DNA of 32,000 bases from an uncultured bacterium (GCA_964640155.1 CAZXEQ010000003.1:254189-286188), one strand, 5' to 3'; shown: positions 16,215 through 26,265, counted from the first letter of the stretch. Notes: a model not told the origin generated them from the letters alone. Made by a program: numbers and translations.

Positions 16215-18536
16215 ATGAGCGAACTTTGTTGCAACCGATGGGGAGTTGTGGAGCTCAAGTCTAATAAATCTCTTAATTTTCGTTGGTTCTTGGTGGGGCT
16301 GTTTACAGTCTCACTCTCTCTTATTTTTCCATTTTTTGTTCACGCCAAAGATGTCAAAAAGCTGGAAGTTTGGGCAATGGGCGAGGAAGGTCAGAAAATT
16401 GGAGTTCTTGCCAGAGAATTTGAAAAAACACATCCCAATGTTAAGGTCGTTGTTCAAGCTATTCCATGGGGTGCCGCTCATGAGAAATTAATTACGGCAG
16501 TTGCAGGCGAATCAACTCCTGATGTTTGTCAGCTTGGAAGCACTTGGGTTTCTGAATTTCAGGCCATGAAAGTGCTTCTTCCTTTAGATCCATTTTTAGC
16601 AAAATCCTCCATAAAATCAGAAGATTTTTTTCAAAGCGCTTTGAATGTCAATATCATCGCAAATCAACTTTACGGGGTTCCATGGTATGTCGATACGCGA
16701 GTTCTTTTCTTTCGCAGAGATATTTTAGAAGAAGCTGGTTTTAATCACGCTCCCCATACCTGGAAAGAATTGTACGAAATGTCCAGGCGCCTGACTCGAG
16801 ATTTTGATCAAGATGGAAAAAAAGAACGTTATGGGGTTAATTTGCCTTTGCGCGATTGGCAACATTTCTTGATGTTTGTTTGGCAAAATGGCGGAAATAT
16901 TCTTTCAGAAGATGGAACTAAAGTTGAAATTGAAAGTCCTGAAGTACGAGAAGCTTTAGAGTATTATGTTCATTTTTTTCATGCGGGCTTTGCTCCAAGA
17001 GAATTAGCTACAGGAACAGATATCTTTAATGCATTTGATAAAGGTTTTTTGCCCATGTTTATCAGTGGGCCTTGGATGCTTCGTCAATTGCACGAGCAAT
17101 TACCTCATTTAGATGGCAAATGGGATGTGGTTACCTTGCCTTCAAAAAAGGGTTTTACCTCTTTCGTTGGTGGTTCAAGTCTTGTCATTTTTAAATCGAC
17201 AAAAAAGGCTCAACTGGCTTGGGAATTTATTCAATTTATGAGCGAACCACAAAACCAAGTGAAGTGGTATCAATTGACAGAAGATTTGCCATCCAATCAA
17301 CATGCCTGGAAAGACCCGTTTTTTGAAAAATTGGGAATGGTGAGGGTTTTTGGACAGCAGTTGGCTGATGCAAAGAGTTCTCCTTCTATTCCTCAGTGGG
17401 AAGAAATTGCAAATGTTATTGATAATGGAATGGAAAGGGCGATTTTTGAGAAGGACAAAGTAGAAAATGTTCTTCGTCAAATGTCTCTTCAAATTCAAAA
17501 AATTCTAGAAAAAGATCATCGCAACCAAAGCCCTCTTTTTAAGGGAACTATTATTGTCATCTTCCTGGGAATCATTTTTCTTCTATTGTTTTTTTATTTC
17601 TATGCTAATTCTAAGAAGATCCCGTATGAGATTGTGAGCGTTTCTTTTTTTGGGAAAATGAAACGATATTTAAAGGCCTATGGTTTTATCGCGCCAAGTA
17701 TTCTGATCTTTACAGTATTTCTTTTAGCTCCAGTCTTTATTTCTCTTTTGATGAGTTTTACTAATTGGGATATACGATCGATTGTAGATGTGGGACAAGT
17801 TTCTTTTGTGGGGCTTGAAAATTATAAAAACCTTATGCACGATCCTATTTTTAAACGAGCCTTATGGAACACCTTTATATTTGTCTTGATTGGAGGTCCG
17901 TTGACAATGATCATAGCTCTTTTTTTAGCTATGGTTATGAACAATGCTCTTGTTAAATTTAGAACCTTTTTCCGAGTGGGCTTTTTTACACCGGTTGTTA
18001 CAACCATGGTGGCGGTAGCAGTGGTTTGGCGATGGCTTTATAATTCCAGATTTGGCTTGATCAACTGGGTTTTAAGTCTTTTAGGTTTAGATGGGCAAAA
18101 TTGGCTTGGTGATGTTACTTGGGCTATGCCTGCATTGATTGTGATGGCAGTCTGGAAGAATTTTGGTTATCACATGGTCATTTTTTTGGCGGGATTACAG
18201 GGAATTCCACCGCATCTTTATGAAGCTGCTAATATTGATGGAGCCAATCGTTTTCAAGCCTTTTGGCATATTACGATTCCTCTTTTGCGCCCAACCATTT
18301 TCTTTGTGGCTATTATGACCAGTATTGGGTATTTTCAGTTTTTTGCGGAGCCTTACATCATGACAGATGGGGGACCTCTGGACAGTACAGTTTCGGTCAT
18401 TCTTCATATGTATCGGCAGGGCTTTAAGTTTTTCCATATGGGCTATGCTTCCAGTATTGCGTATGTTCTCTTTATTGTCATAGCTGCTTTTTCAATCATT
18501 CAATTCAGAATGAACAAACAGAGTTTTGAGTACTAA
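16215..18536 (+). CDS. Carbohydrate ABC transporter: extracellular solute-binding protein (family 1) fused to a MalF/UgpA-type permease
   Basis: The track opens at TTG 16203, and the first ATG is at 16215. Order along the protein is signal/anchor (FRWFLVGLFTVSLSLIFPFFVHA), a roughly 400-aa SBP_bac_1-like region (LEVWAMGEEG..., PDVCQLGSTWVSEF, YGVPWYVDTRVLFFRRD, FISGPWM), an extra TM helix (GTIIVIFLGIIFLLLFFYF), then a 6-TM permease with an EAA loop (YEAANIDGANRFQAFWHITIPLLRP). Confidence 0.85.
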   Translation: MSELCCNRWGVVELKSNKSLNFRWFLVGLFTVSLSLIFPFFVHAKDVKKLEVWAMGEEGQKIGVLAREFEKTHPNVKVVVQAIPWGAAHEKLITAVAGESTPDVCQLGSTWVSEFQAMKVLLPLDPFLAKSSIKSEDFFQSALNVNIIANQLYGVPWYVDTRVLFFRRDILEEAGFNHAPHTWKELYEMSRRLTRDFDQDGKKERYGVNLPLRDWQHFLMFVWQNGGNILSEDGTKVEIESPEVREALEYYVHFFHAGFAPRELATGTDIFNAFDKGFLPMFISGPWMLRQLHEQLPHLDGKWDVVTLPSKKGFTSFVGGSSLVIFKSTKKAQLAWEFIQFMSEPQNQVKWYQLTEDLPSNQHAWKDPFFEKLGMVRVFGQQLADAKSSPSIPQWEEIANVIDNGMERAIFEKDKVENVLRQMSLQIQKILEKDHRNQSPLFKGTIIVIFLGIIFLLLFFYFYANSKKIPYEIVSVSFFGKMKRYLKAYGFIAPSILIFTVFLLAPVFISLLMSFTNWDIRSIVDVGQVSFVGLENYKNLMHDPIFKRALWNTFIFVLIGGPLTMIIALFLAMVMNNALVKFRTFFRVGFFTPVVTTMVAVAVVWRWLYNSRFGLINWVLSLLGLDGQNWLGDVTWAMPALIVMAVWKNFGYHMVIFLAGLQGIPPHLYEAANIDGANRFQAFWHITIPLLRPTIFFVAIMTSIGYFQFFAEPYIMTDGGPLDSTVSVILHMYRQGFKFFHMGYASSIAYVLFIVIAAFSIIQFRMNKQSFEY

Positions 18537-18539
18537 AAT

Positions 18540-19370
18540 ATGAAAAAAATTAATAATTTATTTAAGACAATAGGACTGCATGGCTTGATTTTCTTTGCCT
18601 TGCTTTTGACACTGGTTCCATTTTTATGGATGATTTCAACTTCGCTTAAGCCTGAAGAGGGTATTTTTGCTCTTCCTCCTCAAATTATTCCTAAACACAT
18701 TACCTTCGAATATTACAAAGAACTTTTTGAAAAAGTTCGCTTTATGAAATTCTTCGCAAATAGCGTGTTTGTTTCTGTTTCTATTACACTTTTAAATCTT
18801 TTACTTAATTCTTTGGCAGGGTATGCATTTTCAAAGCATAAATTTCCAGGTAGAGAAAAGATTTTTACACTTCTTTTGTTAACCATGATGGTGCCTGGAC
18901 AGGTTTGCATGATGCCCGTATTTTTAATTCTTAAAAGTATGAATCTTTTGAATACTTTTACTGGTTTGATTATTCCTGGTGCTACGAGCGTTTTTGGTAT
19001 TTTTTTGATGCGACAATTTATGAAAGGCATTCCCAATGAGATTTTAGAAAGTGCCAGAATGGATGGATGTGGAGAATTGCGCATTCTTTGGAGTATTGTT
19101 TTGCCTTTGTGTCGACCTGCACTTGCTACTATGACCATTTTTACTTTTATGGGAGCTTGGAATGAATTTTTATGGCCTTTGATCATAATGACCAAAGAAT
19201 CCAAGTATACCTTGCCTGTTGCTCTTGCTAATTTAAACGGTCAACATAACACAGAATGGGGCCTTCTGATGGCGGGTTCTGTGGTTGTGATCGTACCTAT
19301 ATTAATTCTCTTCATTTTTATGCAACGCCATTTTGTGAAGGGCATGGTTCTGAGTGGGATTAAGGGATAG
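18540..19370 (+). CDS. Carbohydrate ABC transporter permease (MalG/UgpE type)
   Basis: 276-aa, 6-TM profile with EAA motif ESARMDGCGELRILWSIVLPLCRPAL and the typical C-terminus QRHFVKGMVLSGIKG. It starts 3 nt after the preceding stop. Confidence 0.9.
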   Translation: MKKINNLFKTIGLHGLIFFALLLTLVPFLWMISTSLKPEEGIFALPPQIIPKHITFEYYKELFEKVRFMKFFANSVFVSVSITLLNLLLNSLAGYAFSKHKFPGREKIFTLLLLTMMVPGQVCMMPVFLILKSMNLLNTFTGLIIPGATSVFGIFLMRQFMKGIPNEILESARMDGCGELRILWSIVLPLCRPALATMTIFTFMGAWNEFLWPLIIMTKESKYTLPVALANLNGQHNTEWGLLMAGSVVVIVPILILFIFMQRHFVKGMVLSGIKG

Positions 19371-19458
19371 AAATAAAGTATTTTGTATTTAGCATATATC
19401 GTAGTTAGTGAAATATACTCTTGGAATGTTTTCTCTTTTACTAAATACGAAATTCGAA

Positions 19459-19968
19459 TTACGAACTACTGCTTTTAAATTTCTTCTCTACCACTTCTCC
19501 AAGATAAACCAATCCTTTTAAAGTCTCCAGATGTATGTCTTTATATCCTATTTCGCTTTCTATTTTCTCTATGAAATGAATGAACTCTCGAAATCCAATA
19601 TCATTGCTTGAAGTTGTTTGTGTAGGGCGTCTTATTTGTGGTTGCAAAGGCGCGAGTAACGATTGTGTAGATGATTCAGCATAAATGGTTTTTTCGCTGG
19701 ATCGAATTGCTTGTTCTATACGAGCTTGTTGATTGTTAGCTTGTATGGTAATGTCAACAATATCACCAAGATTGTCCGGTGCTTTTTCCCATTTTAAGTC
19801 TTCTTGAAGAGCTTTATCTGAGCGATGGGCAATCCATGAAGAAATTTGTACAACTACAAAAAGAATGAGAAGAAACCAAAAAGCACTACTTCGAATGACA
19901 GATTGAAAGGTTTCTTTGAAAGAATGGATAAAGAACTTGAAGAAATCTGTGAAAAATGAGGGTTTCAC
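19459..19968 (-). CDS. Hypothetical single-pass membrane protein
   Basis: 169-aa ATG ORF with one hydrophobic helix (SAFWFLLILFVVVQISSWIA). It is the only long ORF in this interval and I recognise no family. Confidence 0.5.
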   Translation of the reverse strand: MKPSFFTDFFKFFIHSFKETFQSVIRSSAFWFLLILFVVVQISSWIAHRSDKALQEDLKWEKAPDNLGDIVDITIQANNQQARIEQAIRSSEKTIYAESSTQSLLAPLQPQIRRPTQTTSSNDIGFREFIHFIEKIESEIGYKDIHLETLKGLVYLGEVVEKKFKSSSS

Positions 19969-20148
19969 CTTGAGTTTCTCCTTTATTTATCATGTCAAAA
20001 TAAGACCTTTTCTGCAAGCATGAAGGAATACCATTCTTCTTTTTCTTTTCCTTGTTATTAAGTTTGTTTTTTTGTATCCTTTTTCGACATTTCCCCAATT
20101 TTAGAACAGTTTAGATTTAGTTTAAATATCACTTATTCGGAGGCTTAT

Positions 20149-22551
20149 ATGCAGTTTGAAGTAGCAGCAGAAGGTTTTAAAAAAGATGGTCATCCTTTTT
20201 TTCTTTTATCCGGTGAAATGCATTATTTTAGAGTCAAAAAGAAAGATTGGCCGAAGCATTTAGAGAAAATGAAAAAAGCCGAGTTAGATTCTGTAACCAC
20301 TTATATTGGGTGGTCTTTTCATGAAACAAAAGAAGGTCAATTCGATTTAACCGGTGAAACCTCCCCCGAGCGAGATATCGTTGGATTTATTGATTTATGT
20401 GCTCAGATGGGACTCAATCTTAATGTTAAACCTGGTCCTTATATTTTAGCAGAGTATCAAGATCAGGGGATTCCTCGGTGGTTGCTGGAAAAGCATCCTG
20501 AAATTCAAGTCTGTGGTCCCAATGGTAAGCCTAATATCCCATTTGTTTGTTCCTTCATGCATCCTACTTATTTGGCTTATGCAGCAAAATGGTTTGATCA
20601 AATTATTCCTGTTTTGCGAGATCGTCAGTCATCAAATGGTGGACCTATTTTGATGACGCAAATTTGTAATGAAGTAGGACTTCAGCATTGGTTAGCAGGA
20701 TGTGGTGATTATAATCCTGAAACTCTAAAATATTATTATCAATTTCTGGCGCAAAAATATTCTTCGATTCAGAATTTAAATCAACTCTATCAAACTCAAT
20801 ACTCTCATTTTGAACAAGTGATTCCTCCGTCAGGCAATACGGAAAAACACGCCGATATTGCTCGTTATCGTGATTGGCATGAATTTCATCGTTGGTATTA
20901 TCGTGTTTATATTCAATACATCATAAGTGATTTGAAAAAGAGGGGAATCAATACTCCTTTTTATGAGAATGTGCCAGGATGGGCGTTTGGAAAGGCAAGT
21001 GAGTTTCCAACTTGCGTAACACTTTATTCCGACACAGCAAAGGAATGTCCTGAATTGCTTTTGGGATTGGATCATATTCCTGAAAATGTAGATTTTAGGA
21101 ATTTTCACGATGCTTCAATCATTACTGAAATATCTCGTTCAGTGCAGAATCGCAAAATGCCCATTTTTTCAGCAGAATTTCAAGCAGGTTCGCGTGAGCA
21201 TTGTGTGAGGACTTATCCAAATGAGCTAGGCCTCTTTTATAAGGCAGCTCTGGCTTATGGAACACAGGGGTGGAATTATTACATGTTTAGCCAAGGGAAA
21301 AATCCACCGGGAGAAGGCGTGTATGGCCCCATGTTTTATTGGGATACGCCTCTGGATGTAAAGGCTAAAGAAACCCCTTTGTACGATACCGTTGTTGAAA
21401 TGAATCGCTGGATTCGAGCCAATGAGACAAATTTGGTTCCTGCAAAGAAAAAAGCAAATGTAGGTGTTTCTTTTTATAAACCTTATTATGAAACAGAATT
21501 TTTCTATCCACTTTTTATAAAAGATAAATATTTTAGACCCGAAAAAGTGGGTCTTACTTATGATTATAAATGGCTCAGAGAAGCTTTTTATTATGAAGGG
21601 CTTTTAAAAGTTTTGAATATGTTGAGCATTGCTCATGAAATTCCTGATTTGGAAGTTCAGTCGATTGAAGAGCTTCTTCGATATGAAGTCCTTTGGGTTT
21701 TTTGTTTGGAAGTGATGGATGCAAAGACTCAAAGCAAGCTTGTGGATTTTGTGAAACAGGGTGGACGAGCAATTTTTTATCCAGTTCTTCCTAAATTTGA
21801 TTTGCAGGGAAATTCTTGTGAAATTTTGAAAAAAGGTTTGGGCATAGAAGGTGAAAATCTCCTTTTCCCCGTCGAATCTAAGGTTAGTTATTTTAATCAA
21901 GAGCCCGTAAACGGATTGCCTATTTTATGTGAATTTCAGCCCAATGGATCAACCCCGATTGCAAAATTTGGCCGAAAGATTTGTGGTTTTGAAAAACAAG
22001 TTGGAAAAGGCCATGCAACGGTCATGGGGACGATTCCCAATTATCAGATTGCAGAACACATAGATGTGTTTCAACAGTTTTTGGCAAAAGATGGCATTAA
22101 GTCTGAAGTTGTAAGTAGTGAACAGGATATTGTGACTCATTTAAGAAAAGGCCCTCACGGATCTTTCTTATTTGTGTTAAATTTTCATCCTGTTGAAAAG
22201 GATTTTATTTTAGATTTAAATTTGAATGGGAACTCCTTACGTATTCCTTCTGTGCGCAAACTTTCTATTCCTGGGACCTATGGTGTTATCATGCCGATTG
22301 ATCAAAAAATCTCGAAAGGGAAAATTGTTTATTCCACTTCCGAATTCTTGGGTGAATCTAAAGAAGGAACAGGAATAAAATTGATTTTGAAAGGTTCTAA
22401 AGAAATTGTGGGAGAAATGGTATTAAGTTTAGAAAATGCTCCTCAAAAAGTTTTAGTTCAAGGAAAAGAAACTAAATTTGAGAAAACCAAAGACGGAATT
22501 TTGGTTAAATACCGTCATCCATCAAAAGAATTTACATTGGAGATTGTATGA
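20149..22551 (+). CDS. Glycoside hydrolase family 35-like enzyme (beta-galactosidase / exo-beta-glucosaminidase type)
   Basis: The GH35 N-terminal signature layout is present: FFLLSGEMHYFRV...DWPKHLEKMKKAELDSVTTYIGWSFHE..EGQFDLTG..D...FIDLCAQMGLNLNVKPGPYILAEYQDQGIPRWL, with candidate acid/base QICNEVG. A GGAGG RBS precedes the ATG. Confidence 0.75.
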   Translation: MQFEVAAEGFKKDGHPFFLLSGEMHYFRVKKKDWPKHLEKMKKAELDSVTTYIGWSFHETKEGQFDLTGETSPERDIVGFIDLCAQMGLNLNVKPGPYILAEYQDQGIPRWLLEKHPEIQVCGPNGKPNIPFVCSFMHPTYLAYAAKWFDQIIPVLRDRQSSNGGPILMTQICNEVGLQHWLAGCGDYNPETLKYYYQFLAQKYSSIQNLNQLYQTQYSHFEQVIPPSGNTEKHADIARYRDWHEFHRWYYRVYIQYIISDLKKRGINTPFYENVPGWAFGKASEFPTCVTLYSDTAKECPELLLGLDHIPENVDFRNFHDASIITEISRSVQNRKMPIFSAEFQAGSREHCVRTYPNELGLFYKAALAYGTQGWNYYMFSQGKNPPGEGVYGPMFYWDTPLDVKAKETPLYDTVVEMNRWIRANETNLVPAKKKANVGVSFYKPYYETEFFYPLFIKDKYFRPEKVGLTYDYKWLREAFYYEGLLKVLNMLSIAHEIPDLEVQSIEELLRYEVLWVFCLEVMDAKTQSKLVDFVKQGGRAIFYPVLPKFDLQGNSCEILKKGLGIEGENLLFPVESKVSYFNQEPVNGLPILCEFQPNGSTPIAKFGRKICGFEKQVGKGHATVMGTIPNYQIAEHIDVFQQFLAKDGIKSEVVSSEQDIVTHLRKGPHGSFLFVLNFHPVEKDFILDLNLNGNSLRIPSVRKLSIPGTYGVIMPIDQKISKGKIVYSTSEFLGESKEGTGIKLILKGSKEIVGEMVLSLENAPQKVLVQGKETKFEKTKDGILVKYRHPSKEFTLEIV

Positions 22552-25043
22552 ATAAAAATCTTAAGAAAGTAGCTCCTAAATCTAAGCAGACTTCGAAAGA
22601 AGAAAAGCTTTTTAAAAATGAATATGGATATTTTACAGCGGATGGTTCTGAATATGTGATTACACGCCCTGATACACCCCGTCCTTGGGTTAATGTCATG
22701 AGCAATGGACGTTATGGCATGATTCTCTCTCAAACGGGCGGTGGGTACAGTTGGTATGACAATGCTCAAATCAATCGTATTACACGATGGGAACAGGATT
22801 TAATTAAGGATGAATGGGGAAAATTTATTTATTTGAGAGATGATGAAAAAGGAACCATCGGATCATTGACATGGAAGCCTACTTGCTCAAATTTCTCATC
22901 GTATGAATGTCGACATGGTGTGGGATATACGAGTTTGGAATCTGTATGGGAAGGGATTCGTGGAAAGGTGACTTTTTTTGTTCCTCCTGAAAAATCTTGC
23001 GAGGTTTGGATTGTTGAACTTGAAAACACTTCCAAAAAAGATCGAAAGATTTCTCTTTTTACTTATTTTGAATGGTTGTTAGGACGTTGGCCTGATAGTC
23101 ATCGTGAGTTTCATCGTCTGTTTATTGAAACAGAGTATGATGCAAAACTTCAAACGTTATTGGCTAAGAAACGATTTTGGGATATTCCCAATGAAAGAGG
23201 TCAACTTTGGAATAATTCTTATTCTTATACAGCATTTCATGCTTCAAGCAAGAAACCTGTAGGCTTTGAGGCAGATAAGGAAAGCTTTATTGGGATGTAT
23301 GGAAATATTCAAGAACCTAAGGCTCTTAAAACAGGGCGGTTGAGTGGAAAAGATGGGAAATGGAATGATTCCATTGCAAGTCTTCATCTGAAATTTTCTT
23401 TAAAACCAGGTAAGACTGAAAAATTGGTATTTGTGACAGGTCTTTCTGAAAATCAAGAAGGTGTTTCAAAAACTCTTCAGGAATTTCTCTCTCCAGAGAA
23501 AGCTGAGAAGGCTTTAGAAGCAACCAAGCAATCCTGGAAAAAGATGCTTTCTTCTTTTGAAATCAAAACTCCTGATACAGCTATGAATTTTATGACGAAC
23601 ACGTGGCTTCGTTATCAAGCCATTTCGGGTCGTATTTGGGGTCGTACAGGTTATTATCAGGGTGGAGGAGCTTTTGGTTTTCGTGATCAACTTCAAGATA
23701 GTCAGATTTTTTTGCCTATCGATTCGGCTCGTACACTTGCTCAGATTAAACTTCATGCAGAACATCAAAATCCAGATGGTACAGCGATTCACTGGTGGCA
23801 GAATCTTGCGCCAGAAGCCAGTGGCTCTCATCATTCAGATAATCTTTTGTGGTTGCCCTTTGTTTTAATTAATTATCTAAAAGAGACAGCAAATTTTTCT
23901 TGTCTCTCTCATCAGCTTTTATTTGCCAAGAGTGAAGAGAAGGCCTCACTTTACGAACATTGCAAACGAGCTATTTTAAAAGTGATGTCACGCATGAGCC
24001 CAAGAGGACTTCCTTTGATTGGTGAAGGCGATTGGAATGATGGACTCAATGCTTGTGGTCGCGAATGGAAAGGTGAGTCTGTTTGGCTTGGACAATTTTT
24101 CTATGGTATTTTAAATGAATTTTCTCATGTTGCCAAGAATCAAAATGATTCAAGTTTTGTGGATCAAATTGGCAAAGAAGCTTCACGTTTGAAAGGGGTA
24201 TTGAATACGGTTGGCTGGGATGGTCAATGGTATTGGGGTGCAACCACCGACAATGGAAAAGTATTAGGTGGTCAGCAGAGCAAAGAAGCAAAAATTTTCT
24301 TGAACACCCAAACATGGGCATTGATTAATAATGTTGCGGACGCTGATCGTGCAAAGACAGTTAAACAAATGATGGAAAAACATCTTTTTAAAGAATATGG
24401 TCCGCTTCTTTTATATCCTGCTTATAAAACTCCAGATATTGATGTTGGTTATTTGACTCGCTATCCTGCAGGAATGCGTGAGAATGGTGGGCTTTATACG
24501 CATGCAGGTGTTTGGGGTATATGGGCTGAATGTGTGGTTAAAGATGCCAAAAAAGCATATGAGACTTACAACAAAATCTCGCCTATTGTGAGAGGCAAGG
24601 AACCTAAGAAGTATTATGGAGAACCTTATGTTCTTCCAGGAAATGTCGATGGTCCTGAGTCTGAGAATTATGGACGAGGTGGATGGACATGGTACACAGG
24701 ATCGGCTGCTTGGTATTTTAGAATCACATCGGAGTGGTTATTAGGTATACGCCCTGACTACGATGGTCTTGTGATAGATCCTTGCATTCCAAAAGAATGG
24801 GACGGTTTTCAGATGACTCGCCAGTTTAGAGGAGCCACTTATCATGTCACGGTTAAAAATCCTAAGCATGTTTCTGGAGGCGTTGCAGAATTAAGAGTCA
24901 ATGGAGAAAGAGTTTCTGGAAATAAAGTAAGAGCTTTTTCTGAAGGGGAGATTTGTAACGTTGAAGTTCTCCTTGGTAATGGAAACTCAAAAAATTCTGC
25001 TCAAAGTTTGAAAGAGTCTAAAGAAACACTTTCGACGGTTTAA
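22548..25043 (+). CDS. Glycoside hydrolase family 94 phosphorylase (cellobiose / chitobiose phosphorylase type)
   Basis: 831 aa. The N-terminus is GH94-typical (YGYFTADGSEYVITRPDTPRPWVNVMSNGRYGMILSQTGGGYSWYDNAQINRITRW). The (alpha/alpha)6 core motifs are GGGAFGFRDQLQDS, GEGDWNDGLN and ENGGLYTHAGVW. The start overlaps the GH35 stop (ATGA). Confidence 0.85.
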   Translation: MNKNLKKVAPKSKQTSKEEKLFKNEYGYFTADGSEYVITRPDTPRPWVNVMSNGRYGMILSQTGGGYSWYDNAQINRITRWEQDLIKDEWGKFIYLRDDEKGTIGSLTWKPTCSNFSSYECRHGVGYTSLESVWEGIRGKVTFFVPPEKSCEVWIVELENTSKKDRKISLFTYFEWLLGRWPDSHREFHRLFIETEYDAKLQTLLAKKRFWDIPNERGQLWNNSYSYTAFHASSKKPVGFEADKESFIGMYGNIQEPKALKTGRLSGKDGKWNDSIASLHLKFSLKPGKTEKLVFVTGLSENQEGVSKTLQEFLSPEKAEKALEATKQSWKKMLSSFEIKTPDTAMNFMTNTWLRYQAISGRIWGRTGYYQGGGAFGFRDQLQDSQIFLPIDSARTLAQIKLHAEHQNPDGTAIHWWQNLAPEASGSHHSDNLLWLPFVLINYLKETANFSCLSHQLLFAKSEEKASLYEHCKRAILKVMSRMSPRGLPLIGEGDWNDGLNACGREWKGESVWLGQFFYGILNEFSHVAKNQNDSSFVDQIGKEASRLKGVLNTVGWDGQWYWGATTDNGKVLGGQQSKEAKIFLNTQTWALINNVADADRAKTVKQMMEKHLFKEYGPLLLYPAYKTPDIDVGYLTRYPAGMRENGGLYTHAGVWGIWAECVVKDAKKAYETYNKISPIVRGKEPKKYYGEPYVLPGNVDGPESENYGRGGWTWYTGSAAWYFRITSEWLLGIRPDYDGLVIDPCIPKEWDGFQMTRQFRGATYHVTVKNPKHVSGGVAELRVNGERVSGNKVRAFSEGEICNVEVLLGNGNSKNSAQSLKESKETLSTV

Positions 25044-25078
25044 TTAAGTCTGAAAATGGATTTCCTCTAAAAGATTGC

Positions 25079-25108
25079 GGGAATGACAAACCTTAAGTTG
25101 TCATTTCC
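25079..25108 (+). terminator. Stem-loop downstream of the GH94 gene (possible terminator)
   Basis: GGGAATGACAA-ccttaag-TTGTCATTTCC gives about 10 bp with one bulge, 36 nt after the stop. No U-tract follows immediately; a T5 run lies about 25 nt further on. Confidence 0.3.
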
Positions 25109-25206
25109 GAGTGTATCTATCGGGAATCTATTTTTATAAATGATGTGAATGATAATGAATGCTTAGTTCATAGCTCTTCATTTTGTTTTCTGATAATCTT
25201 TCCTTC

Positions 25207-26262
25207 ATGCCCTATATCAATCACATCTCAACAGCTGTCCCTTGCAACGAAGGCCATTCTTCCTCCATTGATTTTTTAGCTCAGTTTATTCCTTCAAAAG
25301 AAGATTTAAGTCGATTTTTGGCTGTTGCCAAAAGATTGGGCATTGAAAAGCGTTATACGGTTCTAAATCCTTTTTTTGATGTAGATGGAAGTAAGAAGGA
25401 AGCCTTTTATCATTTGGATCAATTTCCTACAACAGAAGAGAGAATGCTTCGTTATAAAAAAGAAGCCCTTCCATTAGTTTCTAAAGCACTCAATCCTCTT
25501 TTTTCTAAGATGAATCCTGAGGACATTACGCATTTAATCGTCACATCTTGTACAGGTTTTTATGCTCCTGGCTTAGATGTCGATATCATTCAGAAATTTA
25601 ATCTTTCGAAGGATGTTGAACGAACCTTTCTTGGTTATATGGGGTGTTATGCCGCCATTTCGGGTTTGAAGTTGGCTCAGCATATTGTAACGTCTAAAAA
25701 AGAAGCAAAAATTCTTATGGTCAATTTGGAACTTTGTACGCTTCATTGGCGCAAAGACGACGTTCCATTTGATCAGTTAATTTCTTTTCTTCTTTTTGCA
25801 GATGGTTGCGCAGCCAGTATTATCAGTCAAGAACCAGCAGGACTAAAACTTGAAAGTTTTTACTCTTGTGTGTTGCAGGATAGTTTGAATGCTATGCGTT
25901 GGACGATTGGAAATGATGGATTTTTTATGAATTTAGATGCAGCATTGCCCAAACAAATTGTAGAAGGTCTGCGACATCATAAAGAAAAAATTCTCAGAGA
26001 ACATTCTTTACAAGATTTTGACTTTTGGGCCATTCATCCAGGAGGAAGAAATATTTTAGATTCTATTCGAGATGAATGGGCTCTTACTTCCGATCAGGTG
26101 AAGGGTTCTTATGATGTGATGAGAAATTACGGCAATATGTCGTCTCCTACGATTATGTTTATTTTAAGCAATTTTTTAGAAAATAAAGCTTCTGGTTTGG
26201 GCTGTGGATTGGCATTTGGACCTGGATTGACCATTGAAAGTTTTCTTTTCAGAAAGGATTAA
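25207..26262 (+). CDS. Type III polyketide synthase (chalcone/stilbene synthase superfamily)
   Basis: The Cys-His-Asn triad contexts are present: LIVTSCTGFYAPGLD, FWAIHPGGRNILD, MRNYGNMSSPTIMF. The track opens at TTG 25183. I prefer the ATG at 25207 (MPYINHISTAVP). Confidence 0.9.
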   Translation: MPYINHISTAVPCNEGHSSSIDFLAQFIPSKEDLSRFLAVAKRLGIEKRYTVLNPFFDVDGSKKEAFYHLDQFPTTEERMLRYKKEALPLVSKALNPLFSKMNPEDITHLIVTSCTGFYAPGLDVDIIQKFNLSKDVERTFLGYMGCYAAISGLKLAQHIVTSKKEAKILMVNLELCTLHWRKDDVPFDQLISFLLFADGCAASIISQEPAGLKLESFYSCVLQDSLNAMRWTIGNDGFFMNLDAALPKQIVEGLRHHKEKILREHSLQDFDFWAIHPGGRNILDSIRDEWALTSDQVKGSYDVMRNYGNMSSPTIMFILSNFLENKASGLGCGLAFGPGLTIESFLFRKD

Positions 26263-26265
26263 AAT

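Noticed and set aside
16028-16491. ORFs 16028-16264 and 16246-16491 (+) overlapping the start of the SBP-permease gene.
   Set aside because: They are alternative frames with no motifs. The 16203/16215 frame carries the signal anchor and continuous SBP homology.
18713-19204. 163-aa minus-strand ORF.
   Set aside because: It lies fully antisense to the MalG-type permease, whose EAA loop and 6-TM pattern validate the plus strand.
19388-19448. Short inverted repeat GTATTTAG ... CTAAATAC between the convergent permease and membrane-protein genes, considered as a bidirectional terminator.
   Set aside because: The stem is only about 8 bp and AT-rich, with a loop of about 45 nt. This is expected by chance in AT-rich spacer and is not supportable as a terminator.
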